From assembly GCF_032062105.1 (NCBI RefSeq), contig NW_026928801.1, positions 1-64,000 on the forward strand: a stretch of 64,000 nucleotides of DNA. The letters run 5' to 3'. Below are positions 40,076 through 51,199 of the stretch, one piece after another. Position numbers and translations under genes: made by a program. The notes below the pieces were generated by a model. The model was not told the DNA's origin. It was given only the letters and a program-made list of their open reading frames with translations, and did no database searches. How positions within the stretch are numbered: position 1 is the first letter of the stretch; each line of letters begins with the position of its first letter. This stretch comes from Saccostrea cucullata. Lineage: Eukaryota.

Positions 40076-41139
40076 TATTCATTCTCTCAAAAAGTTAGAC
40101 ACAATGTTCAAGTTAATCAATTTTTTGTAATTTTTAACATTTTATGATACAATCTGTGTGAGCAACAAGAAGTTTATAAGGGACATCGACAAATTGTGTC
40201 TTTCATTGATATGAATGAAAATTGCATTATTCGCATTATTTGTGTGTTTTCTTACAAAAGTAACAAATATGGAATTGAAAAAATAAACAGGTTGAACCGA
40301 TTACCACAGAGAATTATCCGATGAGTTTGGGATTTTTTAACACATGAACACAGCTAATAATTTAGGGAATGTTGTACATTTTTGAATGAATCTGAAACAA
40401 AATTATTCCATAACTAGATATCACTAATTCAGAGAGATGCAGATGTATATAATAGTTTACTTTTGTTGTATCCCTTCTTTAAATAATATGAAGTGGTTAC
40501 TAAAAAATAAAAAAAAATCTTCATTTTTGCTAGAACTATTGAAGGCTAAATTCAAAAGAATGTCCATGAAAAATATCTAAAGCTAAGGGTAGTTTTTATA
40601 ATTATTGAGGATTAGTAGTGTCATCTCATGGGAAATATAAGTGGTCTTCAAGTATACTTTTAAATAACTTTGTATTTATAAATGTCTTCAATTTAGAAAT
40701 ATGAGAGAGAAATAACATTCTGCTAACGTTTTATATTCCATTGCAGAATTATTTTGAAATTAGTTTAAGGACAGAAGAGACGTTCCTAAATAATATATAA
40801 AATGTTTCAAGAGTTTGTCATTGAAGAATTGCTAATAAAACAAATTTACTCACAAAAAAATTGAGGTACCTAACCAGGGGTAGTTTTTCTTATGCATGAA
40901 TAATCCTTTGGAGAAGAAAAATAATTTTTCAATTTCAAGTGTTTGGATTTTTTAAAAAGACATTCAGAAACTGGTTTAGAAATCAGAATGTGATTAAAAT
41001 TTTGAAATTTTTTCATACATTGCGAAGATATGCAAAACAGATAATGGGGAACCTCTCGTTTGACTTTAAAAGTAAAGTTAGCCTAACACCATTTCCTAAA
41101 ATACAATTATATGAAGAATATTCTATTTTCTATTTAAAG

Positions 41140-41640
41140 TAAATGCTCCAAAGAAGACATCCTTTTGGAAATGAGGGGATCAAGTCAATTTATAACTAAT
41201 TAGAAGAATTTTTTCACACAATAATTAAATTTCCATGCAGTAGAAAGCTCCAAAAAAGACATGCATTTGCAAACGAGGGGATTATGTAAATTTAAAGCAA
41301 ATAAAAACATTTTTTTTTACACAATAATTATAATTATTTCCCAACAGTGTAATGCTCCAAAAAAAAGATATACTTTTGAAAATGAGGGGATCATTTTAAT
41401 TTAAAGCGTATTAGAAGAATTAAATCACACAATAATTAAATTTTCATACAGTAGGATACTTAAAAAAAAACATGATTTTGCAAATGAGGGGTAATGTCAA
41501 TTTATAGCGAATTAAAAACATTTTTCACACAATAATTATTTCAAAACAATAGAATACTCCAAAAAAGACGTACTTTTGCAAATGAGCAGATAATGTCAAT
41601 TGTAAGCGAATTAGAAGCACTTTATCAATCAATTATTACA
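41140..41640. repeat. Diverged ~105-bp tandem repeat, ~5 units
   Basis: Recurrent CTCCAAAAAAGAC..TTTGCAAATGAGGGGAT..TCACACAATAATT. Confidence 0.85.
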
Positions 41641-42951
41641 TATCCATACAAAATGTCAGCAACAAAAAGAGATGATCATCTATAAATTGATACAATTATG
41701 AGGTTGAGCTCTTAGTTTAATGTAACAATTGTCCTTAAATAGATTGCATGCTCCTGCTCACACATTAATAGGCAATATATGTATTCATATATATAATTCC
41801 TATGTGACTTTTTTTTTACAAATATGACGATTAACCCTGTTATTTTTCAAAACGACCGTACCTTGGAATAGTTATTGTGCTCTTTGTCAAGTGTGAAATA
41901 GTCATCAAACTATCACGGCAACAATCCGTTTCTCTGGCTTTTCATCACGGAACCCTTCTGGTTGTAACCGGATTGTGTTGTTACAGAAAAAAGTTACTCG
42001 TTATAACAAAGCACGTGACCTGGTCTTGTTACTGCTTGGTTACATTACCATATTATTTAAGATGCGAAACATAAAAAAGAAGTGTATTTCAACAATAAAA
42101 CATCGCTTATTTTTTTATAACAGTATCATGAAAAATAATGCACAAACTGGTTAAATACAAAATTCTGATGCTGAATGTTCATAAATACTTCCTACTTATA
42201 AAATACATTTGAATTGTGAATATCATGGAAACTATTTTACATATCAGTACAATAAAGCAAATGCCTATATGAAGAGGCATTAGAAGGAGTTATTGCCCTT
42301 GTCAACATTTTTTGTGGAAAGGACTTATATAGACAGCGCTGCTGTCCGATCCTTTTATGTTCATTCATAATGAAATATTGTTTAGATTTAATTTTTTAAA
42401 GATTGAATAATTAATTGATTGAATAAAGAAAATGTGCATCTTTTGAATTCTTTTACTTAGCCATATTTATCTTTACACCTATTTCAAAAGCAATCTTCCA
42501 AAAGATATTGTTCTATAAGGTATGAATTTTGACTAATTACAGTTTTTGCAGAAACTTATTACATCGTAGGAGAGGGAATTACCTTAATGGGATATATGTA
42601 TTTCACAATGCTAATGAAGCACCCAAGCTGATTATAAATGCACCTACTTCTAATATTAGATATCCAAATCATCAAAGCTCTTTAAAGTATAAAAGCTGTT
42701 CATGATATGGTCAATGGCGCACCATCCCTAATGACCCTTACAAATAAAACCCGTATCCTTCGTCCGTGATTTCCACAGTTTTAGAGTCACTAATTTATAT
42801 TGTTGTTATAAAAAGTCACCGGTTTGAAGGCTTGACGGGTTATCACACTAGGGCCTACTGAATCTCCAGCCAGGTAATCTATCAGCTAAGCTATATCGCC
42901 ACTGGCGAGTGAATCCGTATGACTGCCATTTTATTAACTTGAAGGTATATA

Positions 42952-44647
42952 CAGGGCTGCAACGTTATTATTGACGAACCAATCGTGTAGAATCTTTCTT
43001 GTATCGCGCGTGATCGTTCGTGTATCGTGCGAGATCATGCGTGTATCAGACTCAATCGTTTGCGATTTCAATCGTGCGTGACCGAGCGTTACGAAAAGTG
43101 TAAATTTCGTTTTGTAAGTTTTTATTGGAATGCAAATGCTTGTATGTTTTAAATCAAAATAAAATAAATGAAGCACGACTTACATAATTAAAAGCGGAAT
43201 GAACTAATTATCGCTGTTCATAAGTAATATAATAAGTCGTACATTGTTATGTTCTAATATTTATCGATACAAATAGTGTGACTTTTTGTGATAAACCGTA
43301 CATAGAAATGTAACCATTTTTTTCTTTGATATTCTTCGTCTTTACAGGTAATTATTATGGTCAAAATATTTTTGTTATAAATACACAAAAATTGATATTT
43401 TTACATATAAATAGATAAACAATTCCCAATACTTACATCAATATTTAGTCGGCGAGTGTACTTTTACGCGATAAGATTGTCAGAATTTCCTGTACCGATG
43501 TTTTTCTATGTAGTTTACTTTCAATCATTTTTTAAAAAAATTGTTACAGTAAAACTCGGTTATAGCGAAGTTCTAGGGACCTGTGAATTTAATTCGCTAT
43601 ATCCGTAATTCGTTATAACCGTATAACGAATTCGTAAAACCATAGAAAGCGAATTCGCAATATGCATGTTGTCCTTCACGTATTACTACCAAATATGTTA
43701 AGGAAGCAAATATTACAAAAGAAACCTTCGATAACTTAGGGTTTATTGTGAATTGATATACAATTCAATGAACAAAAATAAGTCAGTTTAATTTATAAAA
43801 TTTTGAGATCTTTAAAAGTTCGTTATAAAAGATGTAAATTTCATAAACTTAACTTCAACGGGACCCAAAATCAGTTCGCTATATCCGTAAATTCATTATA
43901 TCAGAGTTCGTTTTAGCCATAAGATTTTACAAGGATTTGTTAAGAATTTTGCCGGGGACCCAGAAAAACTTCGCTATATCCGTGAATTCGCTATATCCGT
44001 GTTCGTACTAAACGAGTTTTACTGTAATTTCTTAATAAAAAAAAAAATTTGAAATAACTGTTGATTTTTAGAGATTAACAAATGGAAATATAGATTTACA
44101 CATAATTTATTCCTTTTAGTATTATTATTTCAATCTTATCCCCCTAACTGCGCATCAAGAAATTAAAATCAATCAAAATTCACGGTCTGCATACTTGTAA
44201 AACTTCTATAAGTAAAAAGGAAAATTTCAGTCTTCTCAAGTCGGATATTTACATAAATTATTTTTTTTAATCTAAAATTTTTGATGAGGCATACATAGCT
44301 TAATAATTCTCTTTAATCTAAAATAAATGATGTGTTCTTCCAGAAACATCCAATTCATTTTTTAAACTATATTTTCAGTCTATGAAATAATAAAATAATC
44401 ATTTTAAACTGAAAATTTGTATTAAGTCTTTCTTCGTTTTGAAAATATTAATTCTCTAATATTTTTAACCATTTTGCGTGAAGAATCGTGCGTTTGCGTT
44501 AGCAATCGTGTAAGATCGTGTAACGTGTAGAATCATGTGCGCGAAGGATCGTTCGTGAAGTTGGTTTTATCGTGCGTTAATCGTGCAGAATCGTTCGCGT
44601 AACGTAATCGTGCGTGTAAGTTGTCAACAATAAAGTTGCAGCCACCG
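42952..44647. mobile_element. Non-autonomous TIR element with ATCGTG subterminal repeats, TA flanks
   Basis: Left CAGGGCTGCAACGTTATTATTGAC; right rc CGGTGGCTGCAACTTTATTGTTGAC. Clusters of ATCGTG/ATCGTT near both ends. Confidence 0.7.
43547..44024. mobile_element. Tc1/mariner-pogo-type MITE nested in the 42952-44647 element
   Basis: TA|CAGTAAAACTCG.. and ..CGAGTTTTACTG|TA; repeated TTCGCTATATCCGT motifs. Confidence 0.88.
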
Positions 44648-44929
44648 TACTGTTTAATGAAACACGTCCTTTTGTTCTGTTGATACGAATATTAAAAGTT
44701 ATAATACACATGATGAAAATGCCTCGAGAAAATGATAGATTTTTAAGATCTCATACTCTTATTGTCAAAAATTCAATCTGATACATGTAATAGTTTCATC
44801 GTAGTGGGGGTAAGGGTAGTGGTAGTAAAAAAAGAACTACATATTTTTAGTATTTTCATAAAAAAAGGGATCTATGTATTCCAGAATTTACTCACCGTCC
44901 TAGATTAGAAATTAATTGAATCATTTATT

Positions 44930-46444
44930 GGAACGACTTTACTTTACCGGTCCCCAAAATAAGGCGCCAAATTATATGAATGCCTTATTCGTTCCTCTTA
45001 TATAGTACGACGGCGTCAGCCGTCGTAAAAATGAAAAATAAGCGGTTTTGGGCATTTTTGACCCCAAAATCGTAATCTACGTCAAATTTTACAGTTAAAA
45101 ACTTCGTTTTAAACGAAAGTTTTTAACCTAAAAACAGAATGTTACATTAAAACACTTACGTTTACATAAAATAAAATCAGCAGTTCTTTAAAATGCAGTT
45201 GTCATCATTGCACGTGCGGAGTATGCACAGTAGATTGACAGGTGAATTTGAAAACAAATGCACGTTGCCATATACCATACAAATTGAAAGACCTCAGGGA
45301 AATGTTTGAAAATGTCAAAATAATTATTGACTGGTTAATTCAGTTAAATTTATTGATAAATCTGAAAGACTGTGTGTGCAAATTTTGTGACTTTGGACGT
45401 TTTGGATTACGAAGGGGCACTTCATTCAGTCGGGATTGCTACGTATGGAGATGCTCCAACAAAAAGTGTCATAAAAAGGTATCAATTCGTAAAGGGTCGT
45501 GGTTTGAAAATCACAATTTAACCTTAGAACAGATCCTGTACATTACATATTTCTGGGTTCACAAGTGTAACCAGGAATTTGTTATTCACGAACTGGAAAT
45601 TAGTGAGAGAACCATAGTGGACTGGTACAATTATTCCAGAGAGGTGTGCGACGTGATCTTACAAAAAAACGAAAATAATATCATTGGAGGCCCCGGGATT
45701 ATTGTTGAAATCGACGAAAGTAAATTCGGGAAAAGAAAATTCCACAAAGGTAGGCGTGTCGACGGGGTTTGGGTCTTTGGTGGAATTGAACGGGATTCTA
45801 AAAAGTGTTTTTTCACTACTGTTGAGGACAGAACAGCTGACACATTAGTTACCATAATAAAGCAGCACATCAAACCCGGAACTACAATCATCAGTGACTG
45901 TTGGAGGGCGTACAGTTCCCTAAACTCAGAAGGTTTCACTCACCTAACTGTCAACCACTCTATTAACGTCGTAGATCCCGACTCCGGTGCTCACACAAAT
46001 ACAATAGAATCCACCTGGAGAGCTCTCAAAAAATCCCTACCCAAAAACGGATCCCAGAAAACGTTATACGACAGTTATTTCTCCCAGTACTGCGTCAGAA
46101 AGTTGTACTTAAACGACTCCCCAGACCCTTTCCTTCGCTTTCTCAACCTCATATCGGAAGTCTACAAACCAAACAAAGCCGATTTCATCTCTGATACCAT
46201 TCCGCCTTTTAAAAAAACAAGAACGCCATTAGTCGACCTTAACCCAACCCTCAACAACAGCCTATATGATTTTCAGATTTAAGGTAAGATTTATTTGTTG
46301 TTGATGTACAGGAATCACTTTCGCCAACATTTTACAAGCGAAATCAAAATGGCCGCCGTAAACACAGGAACTTAGCAACGGGTGTGACGTAGAAGTTTTG
46401 CGCGTGAATTTAGATTCTGGGGACCGGTAAAGTAAAGTCTACCC
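44930..46444 (+). mobile_element. Complete Merlin (IS1016/IS1595-ISXO2-related) DNA transposon, 1515 bp
   Basis: 31-bp TIR GG(AAC/GTA)GACTTTACTTTACCGGTCCCCA(A/G)AAT. Perfect 8-bp TSD CATTTATT at 44922-44929 and 46445-46452. Confidence 0.95.
45302..46282 (+). CDS. Merlin/ISXO2-like DDE transposase (326 aa from first in-frame ATG; frame open from 45242)
   Basis: Uninterrupted ORF. Zn ribbon CKFC..WRCSNKKC. Catalytic motifs VEIDES, WVFGGIER, IISDCWRAY, HLTVNHS, HTNTIESTW. Confidence 0.93.
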   Translation: MFENVKIIIDWLIQLNLLINLKDCVCKFCDFGRFGLRRGTSFSRDCYVWRCSNKKCHKKVSIRKGSWFENHNLTLEQILYITYFWVHKCNQEFVIHELEISERTIVDWYNYSREVCDVILQKNENNIIGGPGIIVEIDESKFGKRKFHKGRRVDGVWVFGGIERDSKKCFFTTVEDRTADTLVTIIKQHIKPGTTIISDCWRAYSSLNSEGFTHLTVNHSINVVDPDSGAHTNTIESTWRALKKSLPKNGSQKTLYDSYFSQYCVRKLYLNDSPDPFLRFLNLISEVYKPNKADFISDTIPPFKKTRTPLVDLNPTLNNSLYDFQI

Positions 46445-46954
46445 CATTTATTTAAAAAGAACAAGATGCTTGTAGTGAATATTCGCCATTATCCTTATAA
46501 AGATGTTTAGTTTATTACTCTGTCAGAAAATTAGCATTAAATATACCAGTCTTGTGTAAACAAATTATACATCACGATTCTAATCGTCTTATTTAGCAGC
46601 AATGGGTTTTTTCTTGTCATCACTTACTGTTAAATGGGACCTACAAATATTTTCATATGTTTCATCCTTAAATTGGGTTCTTACCTTCATATCAAGTTAA
46701 CAACAACTCCTTAACACACTACAACGTATCAAAATTGAATTTAAAGAGTAATTAAGGATACAGTTTATCTTTAATTATTTAATGACAGTCATACTTTCTT
46801 CAACTTAAAGTCATTGATTTTTCAGCGCCTCCAAAGAAAATTCCCTCGAGCAGATAAAAATTTGTGTCAGTAAGATCTAAAATTGCTTTTTAAAACACAG
46901 TATAAGTAATTTTTAAGAATTGCTCTGATTCAATGTATTGTCTAGTGATATATT

Positions 46955-47380
46955 TAGAAAGTCCAACTGCATTGAGGTCCAGAGTATCCATATTTGTATC
47001 CTTGAAGACAAGACCCGGACGTCTGATCACAATTTAAAAATTAACTTATAAAACAACTTATAAAAGTAGAATAATAAATAACTTCCATCTCCACCACAAC
47101 CATAAGGACATGTGTACAAACAGGAAGAACCTGTGTAGCCAACCTGGCATCCCTGAAGACAAGAACCTGTATCTTGATCACAACTACCATCTCCAGCACA
47201 GTTGCAGGGACATGATATATAACATGAATCCCCTTTGTACCCAGGGGTGCACCCTTGTGGACAAGAACCAGTAATTTGATCACAACTCCTATCACCACCA
47301 CAGTTTAAGGGACTATGGGAATCACACGTAAATCCCTTGTACCCCGTCTTACACCCTTCCAGACAATACGACGTTAACTT
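46955..47380 (-). pseudogene. Small Cys-rich EGF-like repeat gene, copy 2 (disrupted)
   Basis: Colinear and highly similar to 16962-17337. A 49-bp AT-rich insertion at 47033-47081 disrupts the frame. No signal-peptide exon found upstream in the window. The 3' flank 46630-46950 is homologous to 16240-16960 minus the SINE. Confidence 0.8.
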
Positions 47381-48009
47381 GTGTTAAAAGCAATATGGAT
47401 AATAAAAGTTATTTAATTATGTAAAGCTATATTTAAATATTTACATTTGGAAATGTTTTTCTTTATAAAAGCAATGCGTATCTATAACTGTATGAATAAA
47501 GGTATGGTGTCAAGAGGTCATAGATGTGCGTATGGATATACATTCGACGTAATTTCTCAGTGACGTCATAAATGAGTAAGGCTCGTTTAATGAATAATAA
47601 ACATGCCGTTGGGTTTGAAAAATAATGCACTTCACACGTTAAAAGTCACATTCAGGCAAAGAGCCAAAGCGCATTTGATAGTCACTTTCTAAACAGAGTT
47701 TAGCAAATCGAGCACACTCGTGTTATGTACACTGTAAACAGGACTCGAGTTCTGTTAATGTTTTTATTTGGAATTCACTGGGTGCGTTCAATCGTCACAG
47801 TCAGCTTACCACAAATGCAGGGACTGACAATATATTGTGTGTTTGTTTTGCTGTCGAACGTGTCTGCACTGAATTTTCTGGATTAAAGTTTTGATATTTT
47901 TCATTTATACAGAACAAGATTGCCACTTTTCCTAAGGATTAAGAATAAAATTAAATTTGTGAAAGTGCAAGGATATGTCAATCAAATTCGCGGAAAAATT
48001 GGAAATTTC

Positions 48010-48278
48010 AAATAAGGTTTATTTTCAAATAAAGCGATTTATGTTAAAAATTTCATGTATGTATTTTTATGGATGTCAATGTGTTTATCTTTTGTAATTT
48101 TACAAAACCTTTAATTTGTAAACCTGGTTCTTCCAGTGACCCAGTTTTACCGCGTCCATAAATTTTGTCAAGGCCTAAGCTGTTTTCAGCCAATCAGATT
48201 GACGCACAAGGCTTCCTATTTATATACTTCTTGTTTACTCGGAGTGCTGCCGCGTAATTTTTGTGAACAAAAGAGCAA
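48010..48278 (+). repeat. ~270-bp dispersed repeat, near-identical to 63423-63692
   Basis: Direct sequence match AAATAAGGTTTATTTTCAAAT...GAACAAAAGAGCAA with only a few substitutions. Confidence 0.9.
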
Positions 48279-48795
48279 GTGTTTAATTTCTATTAATCAA
48301 GCGATCGTTCTGTGCGGCGGCAGTTAAATTCTGTAAGATCCATTGTTTTGATCTGTCCATCTGTGCAACTTGCCGTACTAGCAGACTTATTGACTTCTAA
48401 AACGATCGTTTTCTCTCAATCCGAATTTCCTCAATTCCTTCGTTTATGACATCTCAGAGACTTTATCAGCTTCACAAAAGGAAAGGAGAAGGGAGCAGGT
48501 TTTAATCAGACTGTCAGCCTCAACCTCGATTGCTTCGATTTCTGCCTTGGCATTGAACAGTGTCAAGTGTCTTGTTTGGATAGGGGCTGAGGGGTGCCTC
48601 ACTATTACTATTATTATAAAAAAAATAAAAGGAAGATTGTTCTTGATTGTTTTCTTCATATAAGCATATTATATCATTGACTGGAACTCTCGTAAACTCG
48701 CTTTTCTTGTGGAGGTACCAGGATGGCTCAATTTGTTATCCTCTTTTATTATATAATTCCTTTTAAATTTGTCTACCAGAGCGGCGGCCATGGTT

Positions 48796-49419
48796 GGGGA
48801 GTGGAGATGTTACCCAACCTGTATAAAATGCAACCAAGACGGTCAAGATTCAGCTTTCCACTCTTTATTAAAGTAAATAATCTATTTCTAATATTTATAA
48901 TTTCAATAAATAATTTTACAAAATATACTAAACCTTATTAAAAATATAACTACTTATAATATAAAAAAAAACTTAACTTGTAAATAAAATAAGCCATGTG
49001 AAAATTTAAATAATGTTAACCAAAACGCGCGCAAGTCTACAAAATAATCTCACCTGTATAAATGCAACCAGAAAGAGACAAAATTCAGCTTTCCACTGCC
49101 GAATTGTCCCACTAAGCTACATTTATACTCCCGTACATGTCCTACATATTTTAATGTCTCTTTAATTACTTTTATCCTTAGAGCTCGCGTTCGTTATCTT
49201 TGTCCGACTAAATGATTTATCTCTGTGAACCATCCAGATTAAAGTTAAGCTCCCATCGGTCTGCATCTTTAATTTCTTTTAACCAAATCCATCTTTCTAT
49301 ATACCAGTAAGTAGATTTATTTTATCCTCTGCGCTCGTATCTGCTATCTCTCTAAGCCGAATAGTGCAAATCCATGAAATACATTAGAATTTATTTTTAC
49401 TGCAAATGTTGTTATGATA
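48796..49419 (-). repeat. 3' LTR (high-identity part)
   Basis: About 97% identical by manual comparison to 56961-57584; adjacent to the PPT. Confidence 0.9.
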
Positions 49420-51199
49420 AATTCCCCCCACTAACAAAAATCTTGTCCTCAAGATTTGTTTAATATGGTTTTCAAAGACTTTTACCCAATTTCGCTCATT
49501 TTCAGATGGCTTAAACACACTAAAATATTCAATATATAATTAAATATGCACAAGAAGACTATGTCTAATACACAATAAGATAATATATATGAAACCAAAA
49601 AAAATCACAATCTACAAAATTTAGTTGTACATCAAGATCGAATTATGCACAGCTGCCTAGGCATTTTACCTGGGTGGAGTTGGCAACACTCCTTAAAATA
49701 GGTAACAATAATCTACATCGAAAAGACATCCGCTAAACAATCATAAAAAAACACTCGAAATTTCAATAAGTACACTTAAGCTTGTACCCTATTTGCTTAA
49801 CCCAGAAAAAGAAATAGCAACAAGAATAACCTTCTGCGACTTTTTCACAAATGAGTTGTCATTGTTCTGCAAGATATACACACTCTTTCAAAAAGAATAT
49901 TATTACTGTACATATACATGTAAAATCAATACTCAATCCACGGCACTAAATTGTGTTAATAAAAAGAAATTAAAATCGTCAAACATCTTTGTTAAACCCT
50001 TATGTGTTCAAGAACTCATTAAACATAAAACATTTTTCAACAGTTAAAAAAAATTGTAGTCATCATTGAAAAAAAACATTATCTAATTAATAAAAATATA
50101 CATAATCAAATATATTGGGCATAACGGAGAGAAAAAATAAAACGGCTCTTGACAAAAATCTGGCATGATTTCACACAATTTGTTTTTCTTATATCCAAAT
50201 TTTATTCTATAACGAAGAAAATATCTTCGATAAATTTGTCTTAGGGAAATTTTCAGAATCCCTTTTTTTTCATTATCATATATGGGTTTGTCAGCAGAGG
50301 AATTTTCTATTTAATTGACTGTTATTTACAAAATGTTATTTGTAGCATAACATGAGCGTCCCACCCATGTGATGAGTTTAAAATTTAAATGTCTGTGTAC
50401 AATTGGTTGTTAAAGGTAAAGTTAGTAGTATAATTGTGCTAACACTACTGTAATTATTCCATGCACCAAGAGTCAATCAGACTCTATGCTTGTAAATATT
50501 AAATCTGACGTTTGACCGAAGGTAGTTGTTACTTTATTGACAACAAACACATACAAAACACCAATAGAATTTAATGTATATATACGGTGCAACCGTGAAA
50601 AAAGCTTTTCTTGTCCATTCAGTTTTTATTTTTCTTAATTATCCGATCATTGACATGTATAACAAAAATAAATTCACTCACTCCAGAATTTAATGGTTTC
50701 TTAGTTTATGAAACCCGAACATATAATTTTATGTTAATATATTTGTATAACGTGTTTTCTTTTATTTGATTCGCATCAGTTAGTTCTCGTTATTATAGTT
50801 TCTCTCTAAGTCCGATCTTGAAAGGAGGAATGATTCGCGCAGTACATTAGAAAGGATACAGAATTTCGCTTAGAACCTCTATATAATAGATGACATGAAA
50901 GAAATGGAAAGAGTTGGGCGTCCTGATAGAAGATCTAAATGAATGATATGCATGAAACATGTGAAAGATATGAAAAAGGTATTGGACGCCCCGAAAGAAG
51001 AAAGAAATGTATGACATATATAGAAGTCAAAGACAAAATTCGATCTATTCCATTACGATACCCTTCCTTTCTTTAATTGTCTTCTTAAGACATTTTCCGT
51101 TGTCTTCAATTATTCTTCGATTTTGACCAATTGGATTTTAACGATCAGTTAACCTTTTTTTATCTGTACTGACCTTTTTATTTATCTTATAATAATATT

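Noticed and set aside
45631-45939. Antisense ORFs within Merlin and gypsy coding regions
   Set aside because: Shadow ORFs of real coding frames, with no independent support.
45242-46282. Bacterial IS1595 contamination
   Set aside because: The element is integrated with a TSD in eukaryotic flanks and fits eukaryotic Merlin structure.
48774-48815. Alternative PBS (rc TGGCCGCCGCTC) or plus-strand PPT+TG suggesting a second LTR element
   Set aside because: No internal domains on that side. ORF orientation, the PPT at 49420 and the PBS at 56651 fit a single minus-strand element.
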